Positions 1-9,170 of a stretch of DNA of 64,000 bases are shown here, in pieces. Each line of letters begins with the position of its first letter. Position 1 is the stretch's first letter. The notes below the pieces were generated by a model. That model did no database searches. It was not told where the DNA came from and was given only the letters and a program-made list of their open reading frames with translations. The position numbers and the translations under genes are program-made. The stretch is from Acholeplasmatales bacterium (GTDB lineage: Bacteria; Bacillota_I; Bacilli_A; Acholeplasmatales; Anaeroplasmataceae). The stretch spans positions 2,679 to 66,678 of the forward strand of contig JAILRQ010000014.1 in the NCBI GenBank assembly GCA_024698125.1, in the 5' to 3' direction.

Positions 1-542
1 TCATCAAGCCTATATTCCATATCTAGATAAGGCTTTGCATATTTCATAGGATTATTAAATATTTCGCATAGTCTCTTACCATCACTTGGATCAAATAGAT
101 TAAAGTGAAGCTCTACCTCAACAGAGTCCATTTTATATCCTATATGATGAGCACAATCCTCAAGGTCATCCTCATGAAGGCCATTTTCCTCAAATACCTT
201 ACGAGCTCTTGTGAAATCATCAAGTGTAACATACACATCAATATCTCCACGAGTTCTTACTGCACTATCTGGATACATCTTTGATATTAAGGTACCCTTA
301 ACATAAAGGTGCTTAATACCATTCTTATTTAAAATATTTGTCACATGATCCTTAACCTTACAATACTTCTCATCACTTACAGCACCAGATATATAATATT
401 TCTTATATTTTGAATCATTTGTTATAGGATAAAGTATGGTTAAAAGGGATTGCTCATCTGCAATCCTTATTAAATCATTATCTAATTCAGAATCTATTTT
501 ATCGCCTAATACATAGGCTGATACAAGATTTGAAAAATCCAT
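1..542 (-). CDS. nucleotidyltransferase family protein (NTP_transf_5/PF14907-like); C-terminus runs off the window
   Basis: Absent from the ORF track because it is truncated. Hand translation from ATG at 542-540 gives MDFSNLVSAYVLGDKIDSELDNDLIRIADEQ...KGTLISKMYPDSAVRTRGDIDVYVTLDDF...HFNLFDP, open to position 1. It has a GDIDxxV acidic nucleotidyltransferase-type motif. The start lies 1 nt after the ABC stop (TAG T ATG). Confidence 0.6.
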   Translation of the reverse strand, partial: MDFSNLVSAYVLGDKIDSELDNDLIRIADEQSLLTILYPITNDSKYKKYYISGAVSDEKYCKVKDHVTNILNKNGIKHLYVKGTLISKMYPDSAVRTRGDIDVYVTLDDFTRARKVFEENGLHEDDLEDCAHHIGYKMDSVEVELHFNLFDPSDGKRLCEIFNNPMKYAKPYLDMEYRLD

Positions 543-543
543 A

Positions 544-2142
544 CTATTCCTCCTTTAAAGAAATATTTCCTTCTCCTTCAATTACTGAATCTCTATGAGA
601 AATATAAATTATAGTCTTACCTAAAGTGTGAAGATTATTCATAATTGCTATCTCATTATCCTTATCAAGAGCTGATGTAGGCTCATCTAGGATTATAATA
701 GGTCTATTTGAAGCTATTGCGATAGCTATCATAATACGCTGTATTTGACCCATTGAAAGTCCTGCACCCTTATCTCTTAATACTGTATTAATTCCATCAG
801 GCATTTCAACAATTTCATCATATATTGAAGCCTTCCTTAAGGCTTCATTTATTTGATTTATATCACTAACATTTGAAAATAGCTTAAAGTTATCATAAAT
901 ACTTCCACTAAATAAAATGTTTTCCTGTGATACATAGGCTATAAGGCCTCTTGTCTTAAATGATGCCTCATAAGAGGCTCCATCAAAGTCAAATGTAACC
1001 TTACCACTTTGTGGCTTATTAAAACCTAAAATAAGGCTTAAAACTGTTGATTTACCAATTCCTGAAGGACCAGATATTCTTACAATATCTCCCTTACCTA
1101 TTGTATATGATAGGTCATGTACTACATTTGGTCTATCATCATATGAGTATGATACATTATCAATTACAATTCTTTCAAAATCATTAATCATATCCTTATC
1201 CATAGCCTCAGGCATCTTATAGATTTCACTAATACGCTCAAGTGAAGCCTTACCCTTGTTATATCTATTTATAAGTGGTGAAATCATAACAAAAGGATTG
1301 TAGATATTATTTAGGATTGCAAGTAAGGCTACAAGTGATCCATAGGATATCTTATTCTTTGAGATAAGATAGGCTCCAAGTGTAATCATAAATACATAAA
1401 GTATTGATGACATAGCACCCATTATAGAGCTTGATGTATAGCTCCATTTATTACGATTAGATCTACTCTTATAGGCCTTATAATTAAGCTCTCTATAATA
1501 GGCTCTAGCATTATCATAGGCATTATAGCTTTGAATAAGCTTAGCCTCATCTATTGTTTCAATCACAAATGATGAAGCCTTAGAATCTAGGGCTAATACC
1601 TCCTTATGCTTTGGCTTCATTATACGAGAATAAAGCTTTGCGATAAGTGCCATTAGTATTCCGGCCACAAGTACAACTCCAAGGAAGTATTTAGCACCAC
1701 CTATAATTATAAGTAGCGCTATTGCAAGCAATGCTCTTGCAATAGAACGTACGATACCTGGAATTGCATCAAGATATGCCTCACATATATTATCAACATC
1801 ACCTATAAATAGAGCTTCTATTTCTCCTCTATGATATTTATTTAAGGTATTGATGTCCTTATAAATAAGGCTATCATATAATGACTCTCTTAAATCCTTC
1901 TGCATCCTTAAATCAAACCTTGAGAATGTTAGATTATAAGCAAATCTTCCAACTATTGTAAGAATTCCAAAAATAATCATTAGGATTAAATATTTATTAA
2001 ACTCACTATATCCTACACTACTATCCTTAATAATCTCTTCTGCACAGTCTACTAAGTATTTTGCAAGATATGGAAGTATTAGTAGGACTATCGCATTAAC
2101 GCATGCGATAAAGGAAAGTATTATTGTATATTTCTTTTTCAT
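544..2142 (-). CDS. ABC transporter, fused permease/ATP-binding protein (exporter type, no N-terminal C39 peptidase domain)
   Basis: 532 aa. N-terminal half has multiple TM helices. Walker A GPSGIGKST, signature LSMGQIQR, Walker B IIILDEPTSALD. ATGA overlap with the upstream peptidase gene. Confidence 0.9.
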   Translation of the reverse strand: MKKKYTIILSFIACVNAIVLLILPYLAKYLVDCAEEIIKDSSVGYSEFNKYLILMIIFGILTIVGRFAYNLTFSRFDLRMQKDLRESLYDSLIYKDINTLNKYHRGEIEALFIGDVDNICEAYLDAIPGIVRSIARALLAIALLIIIGGAKYFLGVVLVAGILMALIAKLYSRIMKPKHKEVLALDSKASSFVIETIDEAKLIQSYNAYDNARAYYRELNYKAYKSRSNRNKWSYTSSSIMGAMSSILYVFMITLGAYLISKNKISYGSLVALLAILNNIYNPFVMISPLINRYNKGKASLERISEIYKMPEAMDKDMINDFERIVIDNVSYSYDDRPNVVHDLSYTIGKGDIVRISGPSGIGKSTVLSLILGFNKPQSGKVTFDFDGASYEASFKTRGLIAYVSQENILFSGSIYDNFKLFSNVSDINQINEALRKASIYDEIVEMPDGINTVLRDKGAGLSMGQIQRIMIAIAIASNRPIIILDEPTSALDKDNEIAIMNNLHTLGKTIIYISHRDSVIEGEGNISLKEE

Positions 2143-2567
2143 TTACACACCCTACTAAAGATTAATCTTAAAAAGCTAATTCGTACTAATAGCTTATATA
2201 TCTTATATCTAAAAGATTTAAGATTATATTCCTTATCCTTTCCTTTTTTCTTATATGATGTAAGAATTCCAATTATGGAATTCATATCAATATTCTTTTC
2301 TACCTTGTATTGGTGATCTCCAACACAATAAAATATATTCTTCTTTCTTTTAATTCTTCTTACTCTATGTAAGATGAATTGACCATTAGGTCTTTTATAT
2401 AATAAAATATCACCCTTTTTTAAAGGTTTATTTAAGGCTTCAATAGTTACTAAATCTCCTGTATGAAGCATAGGGCACATAGATACTCCCTTATTAGGAA
2501 ATGAAAAAGCCTTACCAGATTGTAAGGTTTCTTTAATAAGAGGCTCCATATCCTCCATTTTAATCAT
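2139..2567 (-). CDS. S24/S26-family (signal peptidase I / LexA-like) serine peptidase, small stand-alone form
   Basis: 142 aa. GVSMCPMLHTGD matches the Ser-nucleophile motif (G-x-S-M-x-P). GDILLYKR and LHRVRRI resemble S26 boxes. SD AGAGGAA lies 6 nt upstream of the ATG. Confidence 0.6.
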   Translation of the reverse strand: MIKMEDMEPLIKETLQSGKAFSFPNKGVSMCPMLHTGDLVTIEALNKPLKKGDILLYKRPNGQFILHRVRRIKRKKNIFYCVGDHQYKVEKNIDMNSIIGILTSYKKKGKDKEYNLKSFRYKIYKLLVRISFLRLIFSRVCK

Positions 2568-2826
2568 TGTAGATTCCTCTTTTTCTTAATTCTTCTACAA
2601 AGTCTAATACATCCTCTCTTAATGTATCCTCATTAACATCGTATTCCTTTAATAAAGAAGAGACTGTCTCATCAATAGACTTACCCTTTTCAAGGCATGT
2701 AAAAATATCTGCACCAACCTCGTTTATGTTAAATATTTTGTTCATAACTACGTTAGAATTAGTTGTAGGAATTATCATATATTCCTTACCAACCTTCTTT
2801 AAGAAAAATCCTTTATTTATTCCCAT
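2560..2826 (-). CDS. PqqD-family peptide chaperone (RRE-type)
   Basis: The tail SIDETVSSLLKEYDVNEDTLREDVLDFVEELRKRGI is typical of PqqD (PF05402). I prefer the ATG at 2826 (MGINKGFF, SD AGAGGGA) over the TTG at 2868 used in the track. Confidence 0.7.
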   Translation of the reverse strand: MGINKGFFLKKVGKEYMIIPTTNSNVVMNKIFNINEVGADIFTCLEKGKSIDETVSSLLKEYDVNEDTLREDVLDFVEELRKRGIYND

Positions 2827-2924
2827 AATCTTTATTCCCTCTATACAATTTGATATTTCATATAACAAGTTATATGTAGCTAATTATATTTTAGCACAAA
2901 AGATAGAATATATAAATAACGGCC

Positions 2925-2950
2925 TAAAAAAAAGAGATTATAAAATCTCT
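2925..2950 (-). terminator. rho-independent terminator/attenuator immediately after the 40-aa peptide ORF
   Basis: Minus strand reads agagatt-ttat-aatctct followed by eight T. The hairpin starts 6 nt after the peptide stop codon. Confidence 0.7.
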
Positions 2951-2955
2951 ATTTT

Positions 2956-3078
2956 TTATCCTCCGATAATATCATCGCTATTATTAACATCAAATGTATC
3001 ACCATTAGGTGAGGCAGCGATTACATCTTCAATCTCTATTGCTTCATCTATAATGATTGGCTTTTTGTATTCCTTCAT
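2956..3078 (-). CDS. unannotated 40-aa acidic peptide, candidate RiPP precursor or exported peptide
   Basis: Hand translation: MKEYKKPIIIDEAIEIEDVIAASPNGDTFDVNNSDDIIGG*. SD AAGAGG lies about 8 nt upstream. It fills the gap between the secreted-protein stop (3090) and the terminator. It is too short for the ORF track. Confidence 0.55.
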   Translation of the reverse strand: MKEYKKPIIIDEAIEIEDVIAASPNGDTFDVNNSDDIIGG

Positions 3079-3089
3079 TATTATGCCTC

Positions 3090-4148
3090 TTATGCTTGAT
3101 AATTAAATGTATATGATGAAGATTGAGATAAGTCAGTTGTTACACCATCAATTTCAGCATTGAAATCTACAGTAACACTTAGACCATCATAGTCTTCACA
3201 ATTCTTAATCTTTATAGAATAAGCTATATAATAAGTGTCCTCTTGTGCCTCATATCCAGCTATAACTTTACCATTATAAGTAACATAGTTAACTAATGAC
3301 TTATTAATAGTTGATGTATATGTAGTACCATCTGCATAAGTTAGGGTACGAGTACATGTTGTAGCTACAGAATCCTTATCTGTAACATTGTTTAATGTAT
3401 ATACAAAATATACTAGCTTAAAATTAGAATCGTTATATACACAATCCATTGAATCTGCTGACACAGTCTCATTAACCTCAATGTTATCTACATTTGAAGC
3501 AGTTAAATCATCAGTATTTTGGGCATCACCAGAATAGATTCCATAAATATATGAAGTAATTCCTGGAACACCAATATGATAAGTTCCTGCAGCTAAGGCG
3601 TATACAAGTCTATATAAGGTATTCTTTACTAAAGCAGCTGCTGTTGAATAGTTATTTAAAACTGTATATGTAGAATCTGAATCATACTCAACCTCTGAAA
3701 CTGTAAATCCTGAATCTCCATCCTTTGATACTGATGTATAGAACTCAAGATTCATTGGCTTAGATAATGTAAACTCTAAATAATTAGTTCCATACTTCTT
3801 TGTAGTATTAAGATTATATGAACCAAGCTTTATAGCATAATCGAATAAAGAAGTTCCATAGCTATATTCCTTCTTATTCTTTTCTACTTGTGCTTCCTTA
3901 CCTGTTGAGTAAATTGTACCATCGATAGAATCTCCTGCTGATAATGTATAGCTAGAGCTACTGCTCTTTGCGTTTAAAGTATTTGTTGTAGAAGATGTTG
4001 CAAGCTCGCAAATCTCCTCTTGTGTTAATGTAGTCGCTTCTGATGTTTGATCCTCATCAGCTGCATTAACAGTCTTAGTGTTAAGCCCAAAAATTGAGAA
4101 GCTTAAGATTGCTGCTGTGGCAGCAACAAAAAATCCAATCTTTTTCAT
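3090..4148 (-). CDS. secreted protein of unknown function (signal peptide, beta-rich)
   Basis: MKKIGFFVAATAAILSFSIFGLNTKTVNA/ADED is a Sec signal. No domain confidently recognised, though LAAGTYHIGV looks PPC/beta-sandwich-like. The ATG at 4148 has SD AAGGA; the track start at 4175 has none. Confidence 0.6.
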   Translation of the reverse strand: MKKIGFFVAATAAILSFSIFGLNTKTVNAADEDQTSEATTLTQEEICELATSSTTNTLNAKSSSSSYTLSAGDSIDGTIYSTGKEAQVEKNKKEYSYGTSLFDYAIKLGSYNLNTTKKYGTNYLEFTLSKPMNLEFYTSVSKDGDSGFTVSEVEYDSDSTYTVLNNYSTAAALVKNTLYRLVYALAAGTYHIGVPGITSYIYGIYSGDAQNTDDLTASNVDNIEVNETVSADSMDCVYNDSNFKLVYFVYTLNNVTDKDSVATTCTRTLTYADGTTYTSTINKSLVNYVTYNGKVIAGYEAQEDTYYIAYSIKIKNCEDYDGLSVTVDFNAEIDGVTTDLSQSSSYTFNYQA

Positions 4149-4242
4149 GTTCAGTTTATATCCTTTTCTCTTCAATATGATAATGTTTTATAGCTCTTAA
4201 TTGGGGTTACAAAGCCCAATTGGCAAACACTATCTATAATAC

Positions 4243-4270
4243 ATTATATTTACTTTTTGAGGCTTGTCAA
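4243..4270 (-). promoter_or_regulatory. near-consensus sigma-A promoter (TTGACA-16-TATAAT) for the secreted-protein/peptide operon
   Basis: Minus strand reads ttgaca agcctcaaaaagtaaa tataat, about 95 nt upstream of the ATG at 4148. Confidence 0.6.
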
Positions 4271-4370
4271 CATTTTTTTGGCGATTTTGTGTATTTTCGA
4301 CCTTTTTTTACATATTTTAGGACAAATTCATACAAATTTAGGCTAAATTGTTCTAATAATCTTTAAATAC

Positions 4371-4400
4371 AAAATAAAAGTGTCGAATAAATATCGACAC
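4371..4400 (-). terminator. rho-independent terminator after the DUF308-like gene
   Basis: gtgtcga-7 nt loop-tcgacac, followed on the minus strand by ttttatttt. Confidence 0.65.
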
Positions 4401-4413
4401 TTTTACGAATTAT

Positions 4414-4983
4414 TTACTTTTCTTTAATTTCAGCATCTATTGCGTCACTATGAGGGTTGTTCTTCTTTTCCTCTTCATTAATAAGCTTAGCCTCAGCCAT
4501 AGAATATAGGATATCTACAACTCCGTTAAATACAAGAATTGCTCCAAGGATATAATACAAAACACTCTTATCAAGGAATAATAGGATTCCTGCTGTAAAG
4601 TATAATACTGCTTCTACAATAAGTATAATCTTTATTTGCTTTGGTAGTGCATCCATTATAGATAATAGCTTTAATACTCCATAGCACATTAATAGAACTC
4701 CTACTATAATTCTTATTGCTGCCGCAAATGCTCCAGCAAACACAATTATTAAAGCTCCAATAAGTATTAGTGCTACATCAAACACTGTAGCTTGATTATT
4801 GTTAGATTTCATATCACCTATAATATTTATAGCTGCCATTACTACAACAATAATACCTAATGCTAATGCTGCCCATCTTATAACCTCACCCTTGAATATC
4901 ATGATTAATACTCCCATGATAATATCAAGTAATGGTGCTAGATATAATTCTGTCTTACTCTTTTTAATTTTCATTTTTATCAC
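4414..4983 (-). CDS. small multi-pass membrane protein (HdeD/DUF308-like)
   Basis: 189 aa with about six hydrophobic helices and repeated G-x-x-x-I/V-x-G patterns. The family call is weak. Confidence 0.4.
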   Translation of the reverse strand: MIKMKIKKSKTELYLAPLLDIIMGVLIMIFKGEVIRWAALALGIIVVVMAAINIIGDMKSNNNQATVFDVALILIGALIIVFAGAFAAAIRIIVGVLLMCYGVLKLLSIMDALPKQIKIILIVEAVLYFTAGILLFLDKSVLYYILGAILVFNGVVDILYSMAEAKLINEEEKKNNPHSDAIDAEIKEK

Positions 4984-5030
4984 CTAATCCATTATATCAT
5001 AATTTAATCTTTTGTAAAATATAGAGAAAA

Positions 5031-5054
5031 GGTGGCTATAAAAGTATAGTCACC
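5031..5054 (-). terminator. terminator hairpin downstream of the patatin-like gene
   Basis: ggtgactata-cttt-tatagccacc on the minus strand, followed by ttttctct. Confidence 0.5.
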
Positions 5055-5221
5055 TTTCCCTAAAAAACCAAATATTTTCTTTCTTCTCCACTGAACCCAA
5101 CTTAATTATACAATATAGATATTTCCTTTTCAAGAATTATCATAGACGAATTTATAAAATGTGGTAAGAAAATACTACATATTTATAATAATTTTCGAAA
5201 AATGGTATAATCCTACTTATA

Positions 5222-6124
5222 TTATTCGATATTTAAGAACTTTTTAAGCTCTGGAAGCTTTGCCTTACAGTCGTTATATCCAAGCCAATAATAGGAACCA
5301 AGCTTATCCATATCGCCTTCAAGACGGTCTATTTCAATAGTTTTTGTAGGACAGATTGTAAATATCTTTCCTTCCTTCTCTAATGACTCAATTAAATCCA
5401 TATCCTCATTATAAAGCCTATCTGTATTCTTCATAGCCTCTACAAACTTAGGATATTTACGATATGTAAGCTTTGTAATAGTATCTCCCTTTGAGCTTAG
5501 CTCTCTTCTAAAGCTTAATGGACGAGTACCTACAAATACAATCTTCTCATATCCCTTTTCAAGGGCATATCTTATAGGAAGCTTTGTAGCACATCCTCCA
5601 TCAAGATATTTTTGATCTAAAATCTTTACAGGCTCTGATACAAATGGCATTGATGATGAGGCCTTAGTAGCCTTTATGATTAAGCTATTATGATTATCAA
5701 AATATTCAGGCTTTCCTGTACGCATATTAGTTACAACACTAATAAGCTTACGGTCACCCTTATATAATCTATCAAAGTTAAATGGTATTTCCTTTTGAAG
5801 ATCAGTAAAATAGAAATTATAATTTACTATTCCACCGTTCTTAAATAAATGTCTTTTACCAATCCATCTTTTATTGTGACGATGCTTAAGATCACAGTAG
5901 GCATTTCTTCCCATATTACCTGCAATATAGCTCATACCATTTAGAGCCCCTGCACTTACACCAATTGCATTTCTTATGTTAATTCCCACTTCCATAAGAT
6001 AGTCTAATACTCCTGCTGTATATATTCCTCTAAATGCTCCTCCCTCAAGACATAGTGTTCCCTCAACTACATCTGTTGTAGCATTACCTATTTTAATTTT
6101 ATCTAAGTCCTTATAAACCTTCAT
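5222..6124 (-). CDS. patatin-like phospholipase
   Basis: Oxyanion motif GGAFRGIYTAGVLDYL, nucleophile GVSAGA (GxSxG), catalytic DGG. ATG at 6124 (MKVYKDL) with SD GAGGTG. Confidence 0.85.
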   Translation of the reverse strand: MKVYKDLDKIKIGNATTDVVEGTLCLEGGAFRGIYTAGVLDYLMEVGINIRNAIGVSAGALNGMSYIAGNMGRNAYCDLKHRHNKRWIGKRHLFKNGGIVNYNFYFTDLQKEIPFNFDRLYKGDRKLISVVTNMRTGKPEYFDNHNSLIIKATKASSSMPFVSEPVKILDQKYLDGGCATKLPIRYALEKGYEKIVFVGTRPLSFRRELSSKGDTITKLTYRKYPKFVEAMKNTDRLYNEDMDLIESLEKEGKIFTICPTKTIEIDRLEGDMDKLGSYYWLGYNDCKAKLPELKKFLNIE

Positions 6125-6206
6125 ACTAACACCTCGACTAATATTATACCATATAAATATCTCTTGTTGAAAAAACAACTGATATTTTCATAAAAAAGGA
6201 AGAGAA

Positions 6207-9152
6207 TCAATTCTCTTCCTTAGCTGTAGCTTTTGTTTCATCCTTAACATCATTTATTTTAAGTTTAGGATCAAATCCATTATTTATTTCAAGCTTACCA
6301 TTCTTTATAAGATCAATTACAACGGTTGCGATAATTGGATCAAGCTGAGTTCCCTTAGCTTTCTCAAACTCTTGAATAATCTTTTCCTTTGTATAAGGCT
6401 CCTTATAGGATCTACGTGTAGCCATAGCATCAAAGGCATCACAGCAGGCGATAATACGTGCTGTATATGGAATATCTGTTCCACTTAATCCTTCAGGATA
6501 TCCCTTACCATCATATCTTTCATGGTGATATTTAGCACCATCTGCGATATTTGGAATTGTTGTAATTCCTTTTAATATCTTTCCACCCTTAGCCGCATGT
6601 GTCTTTATGATTTCATATTCCTCATCTGTAAGACGTCCTGGCTTGTTTAGGATTTCAAGTGGGATTGCAATTTTACCAATATCATGTAGTAGAGCAATAT
6701 AATATATATTATCTACCTCATCCTTGGATAATCCAAGCTCTGTTGCGATAATCTTTGCGTACTGACCAACTCTTGATGAGTGACCATTAGTGTACTCATC
6801 CTTCGCGTCAATTGTACGAGCAATCGCCTCCATAGCTTCAATTGTAATTTGCTTATACTCAAGCTCTCTTTTCTTTAAGGCATTTGTCCTTCTCTTAATA
6901 ATTAAAACATTTCCAAGAGCTAATACTGTAGCTCCAAGTATAATCATTAATACCCAGAATAGTGGCTGCTCATAAAAATGCTTAGCCTTAATAATGGTAA
7001 TACTTATAGTATTATATCCTTCAGTACCATCACTAGATACTACCTTAAATGTAAATGTATATTCTCCACCATCAAGGTTAGTATATGTAATTTCATTAGA
7101 ATCATTAGATCTTAATGGCTGCCAATTATCATCAACACCATCAAGCTTATACATTGCAGTATAATTTGATCCAACCTTATATGATAATACAGAGATAGAG
7201 ATTACTAAACGCTTTGCATCCTTAGACATCTTAATAGTATCTCCTGATACTCTAGTACCATCAACATTGATTGAATCAACACCAAGCTTTATTGGTGTTG
7301 TTTTAGAAGCTGTTGAATCTAATTGGTATAGATATACTCCTGAGCTTCCTGCAAAATAATAGGAATTGCTATCTGTATCATAATATCCAGACGCATTAGC
7401 AACAAGGCTTGATTTAAGACCATTTGATGTACCTATTTCCTCATAGTCTACAAAATCTCCAAAGATATCTGTTGTAAGCTTATATACCTCATAATCTGTA
7501 CCAATATAGTATGTATTGTTGATATAAAGTATTTCAACAATTGTACCACTAAACTTAGCATTAACTGTATGAATGCCATTACCATCATAATAATATAATG
7601 TAGAGGCATCACTATAGAATAATACTCCATCGACACATAAAACCTTTAATGATGGGTGATTATTCTCATCTATTCTTGTTTGTGTCTCAAGATCCTCAGA
7701 TATAATAACAACTCCAATATTTTCCATACAAGAGTAAATTACACCATCATTAACATATAAGTATAATGGTCTTGCATCTAAGGCCTTAGATGTAAATGTA
7801 TTACCATCATATTTTGTAATTCCATAGTTCGTACCTATTAGTAGGTAATCAGCTGTTACCGCAAGACATCTAAGCTGACCTGCAGATGCTGATGCACTTC
7901 CATCCTCTGTAAGGTAGGTAGAATCATAATATGTTATATTTGTTCCATCCCATACTATTAAATCATAATCACTACCATAGGTTGCGATATATAGCTTATT
8001 ATTAAATACTGCTAAATCTCTAAGTCTTACATCAAGTAGTATGGCTGTTAAATCATTTTCAACAATTTCTGATGTTTCCTCATTTACAACTGCAAGACCA
8101 TTACCAGTAGCTATATATGTAAGACCATTATATTTTGTAATAGCATTTACAGTATATGATCCACCTGTAATTCCATTACTTGTAAACCAAGCTGATACCT
8201 GATATTCATAGAAATAATCCATTAGCTCATTTTCAGTAATCTTTGAAACTCCTGTCTCAGATGAGCAAATCCAAAGTGTTCCCTCATAATCAAAGAATAG
8301 GGATTCAATAGATTTAGAGCATTCAAGCTTATCAGCAATCTCCTCTACAGTGGTAAAATCATAATAATATAACCCATTATCTGTTGCGATATATAAAGCA
8401 CCCTTATAATAGAAAATATCATTTATTGAATATCCATCACAGATTTCAATATCCTTTGTTTTGTTTATAATTAAATGTCCGTTATTAGACCCAATATAGA
8501 CATTAGATCCTACTACTGTAATACACTTTGCAGGTTTTTCCAAAGAATCATAATAAGCACTAGAGGCTGATGCGTTGTTATATATAACATTATCCTTTGT
8601 AATATAGTAGAATGTTTCTATTGTTGAACCAACTCCAAGATCAATTGACTCAGTTGAAGCTGATGAGAATGAATTACAAATACTACATTCTCCATTTATT
8701 CTATTGTACTTATAGGTTCCCATTGATGTAGCAAATACTACATAAGAACCTACTGTATCAATATCATATACACTAAACTCACTATTAAGTAGCTCTATTT
8801 TAGTATATTCTGAACCATCATATTTAATTAAGCCCTTCTGTGTTCCAATATAAAGCTCATCATCAACAGCTGCCAAGGTTTGACATCCTGTAAGCTCTAT
8901 ATTATTATCTGTAACATCTAAGCAATCAAATGATTTACCATTATATCTTGTAAGCCCTACATATTGTGCAATCCAAATATATCCATCATTAGTTTGAACA
9001 ATATCATTAGCGATTATAGATGATAATCCATCCTCCTGACCATAATTAGTTTCTGTTTTATCAGACATGTATGAATAGGCGTAGGAGTTTTTTGCTATGA
9101 ATAATACACAGGCTACAAGGACTATTAATAAAACCTTTTTTACCCTCTTCAT
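6207..9152 (-). CDS. membrane sensor HD-GYP phosphodiesterase (signal peptide, beta-propeller/Y_Y_Y extracellular domain, TM, HD-GYP)
   Basis: 981 aa. Repetitive propeller-like region. YKLDGVDDNWQPL...GEYTFTFKV matches the Y_Y_Y domain. TM helix FWVLMIILGATVLALGNVLII. LLHDIGK and HHERYDGKGYP are HD-GYP motifs. Confidence 0.85.
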   Translation of the reverse strand: MKRVKKVLLIVLVACVLFIAKNSYAYSYMSDKTETNYGQEDGLSSIIANDIVQTNDGYIWIAQYVGLTRYNGKSFDCLDVTDNNIELTGCQTLAAVDDELYIGTQKGLIKYDGSEYTKIELLNSEFSVYDIDTVGSYVVFATSMGTYKYNRINGECSICNSFSSASTESIDLGVGSTIETFYYITKDNVIYNNASASSAYYDSLEKPAKCITVVGSNVYIGSNNGHLIINKTKDIEICDGYSINDIFYYKGALYIATDNGLYYYDFTTVEEIADKLECSKSIESLFFDYEGTLWICSSETGVSKITENELMDYFYEYQVSAWFTSNGITGGSYTVNAITKYNGLTYIATGNGLAVVNEETSEIVENDLTAILLDVRLRDLAVFNNKLYIATYGSDYDLIVWDGTNITYYDSTYLTEDGSASASAGQLRCLAVTADYLLIGTNYGITKYDGNTFTSKALDARPLYLYVNDGVIYSCMENIGVVIISEDLETQTRIDENNHPSLKVLCVDGVLFYSDASTLYYYDGNGIHTVNAKFSGTIVEILYINNTYYIGTDYEVYKLTTDIFGDFVDYEEIGTSNGLKSSLVANASGYYDTDSNSYYFAGSSGVYLYQLDSTASKTTPIKLGVDSINVDGTRVSGDTIKMSKDAKRLVISISVLSYKVGSNYTAMYKLDGVDDNWQPLRSNDSNEITYTNLDGGEYTFTFKVVSSDGTEGYNTISITIIKAKHFYEQPLFWVLMIILGATVLALGNVLIIKRRTNALKKRELEYKQITIEAMEAIARTIDAKDEYTNGHSSRVGQYAKIIATELGLSKDEVDNIYYIALLHDIGKIAIPLEILNKPGRLTDEEYEIIKTHAAKGGKILKGITTIPNIADGAKYHHERYDGKGYPEGLSGTDIPYTARIIACCDAFDAMATRRSYKEPYTKEKIIQEFEKAKGTQLDPIIATVVIDLIKNGKLEINNGFDPKLKINDVKDETKATAKEEN

Positions 9153-9170
9153 AAATATCTCCCCCTAAAG

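Noticed and set aside
2726-3106. Plus-strand 126-aa ORF spanning the PqqD start, the intergenic hairpin and the 40-aa peptide
   Set aside because: It lies antisense to SD-led minus-strand genes and crosses a terminator hairpin. It has low-complexity hydrophobic translation typical of AT-rich antisense frames, and no SD.
5222-6124. Patatin-like phospholipase as a CBASS or other defence effector
   Set aside because: No CD-NTase, SAVED, E1/E2/JAB or other signalling partner is adjacent. It has its own terminator and sits among c-di-GMP and membrane genes. It is most simply a stand-alone lipase.
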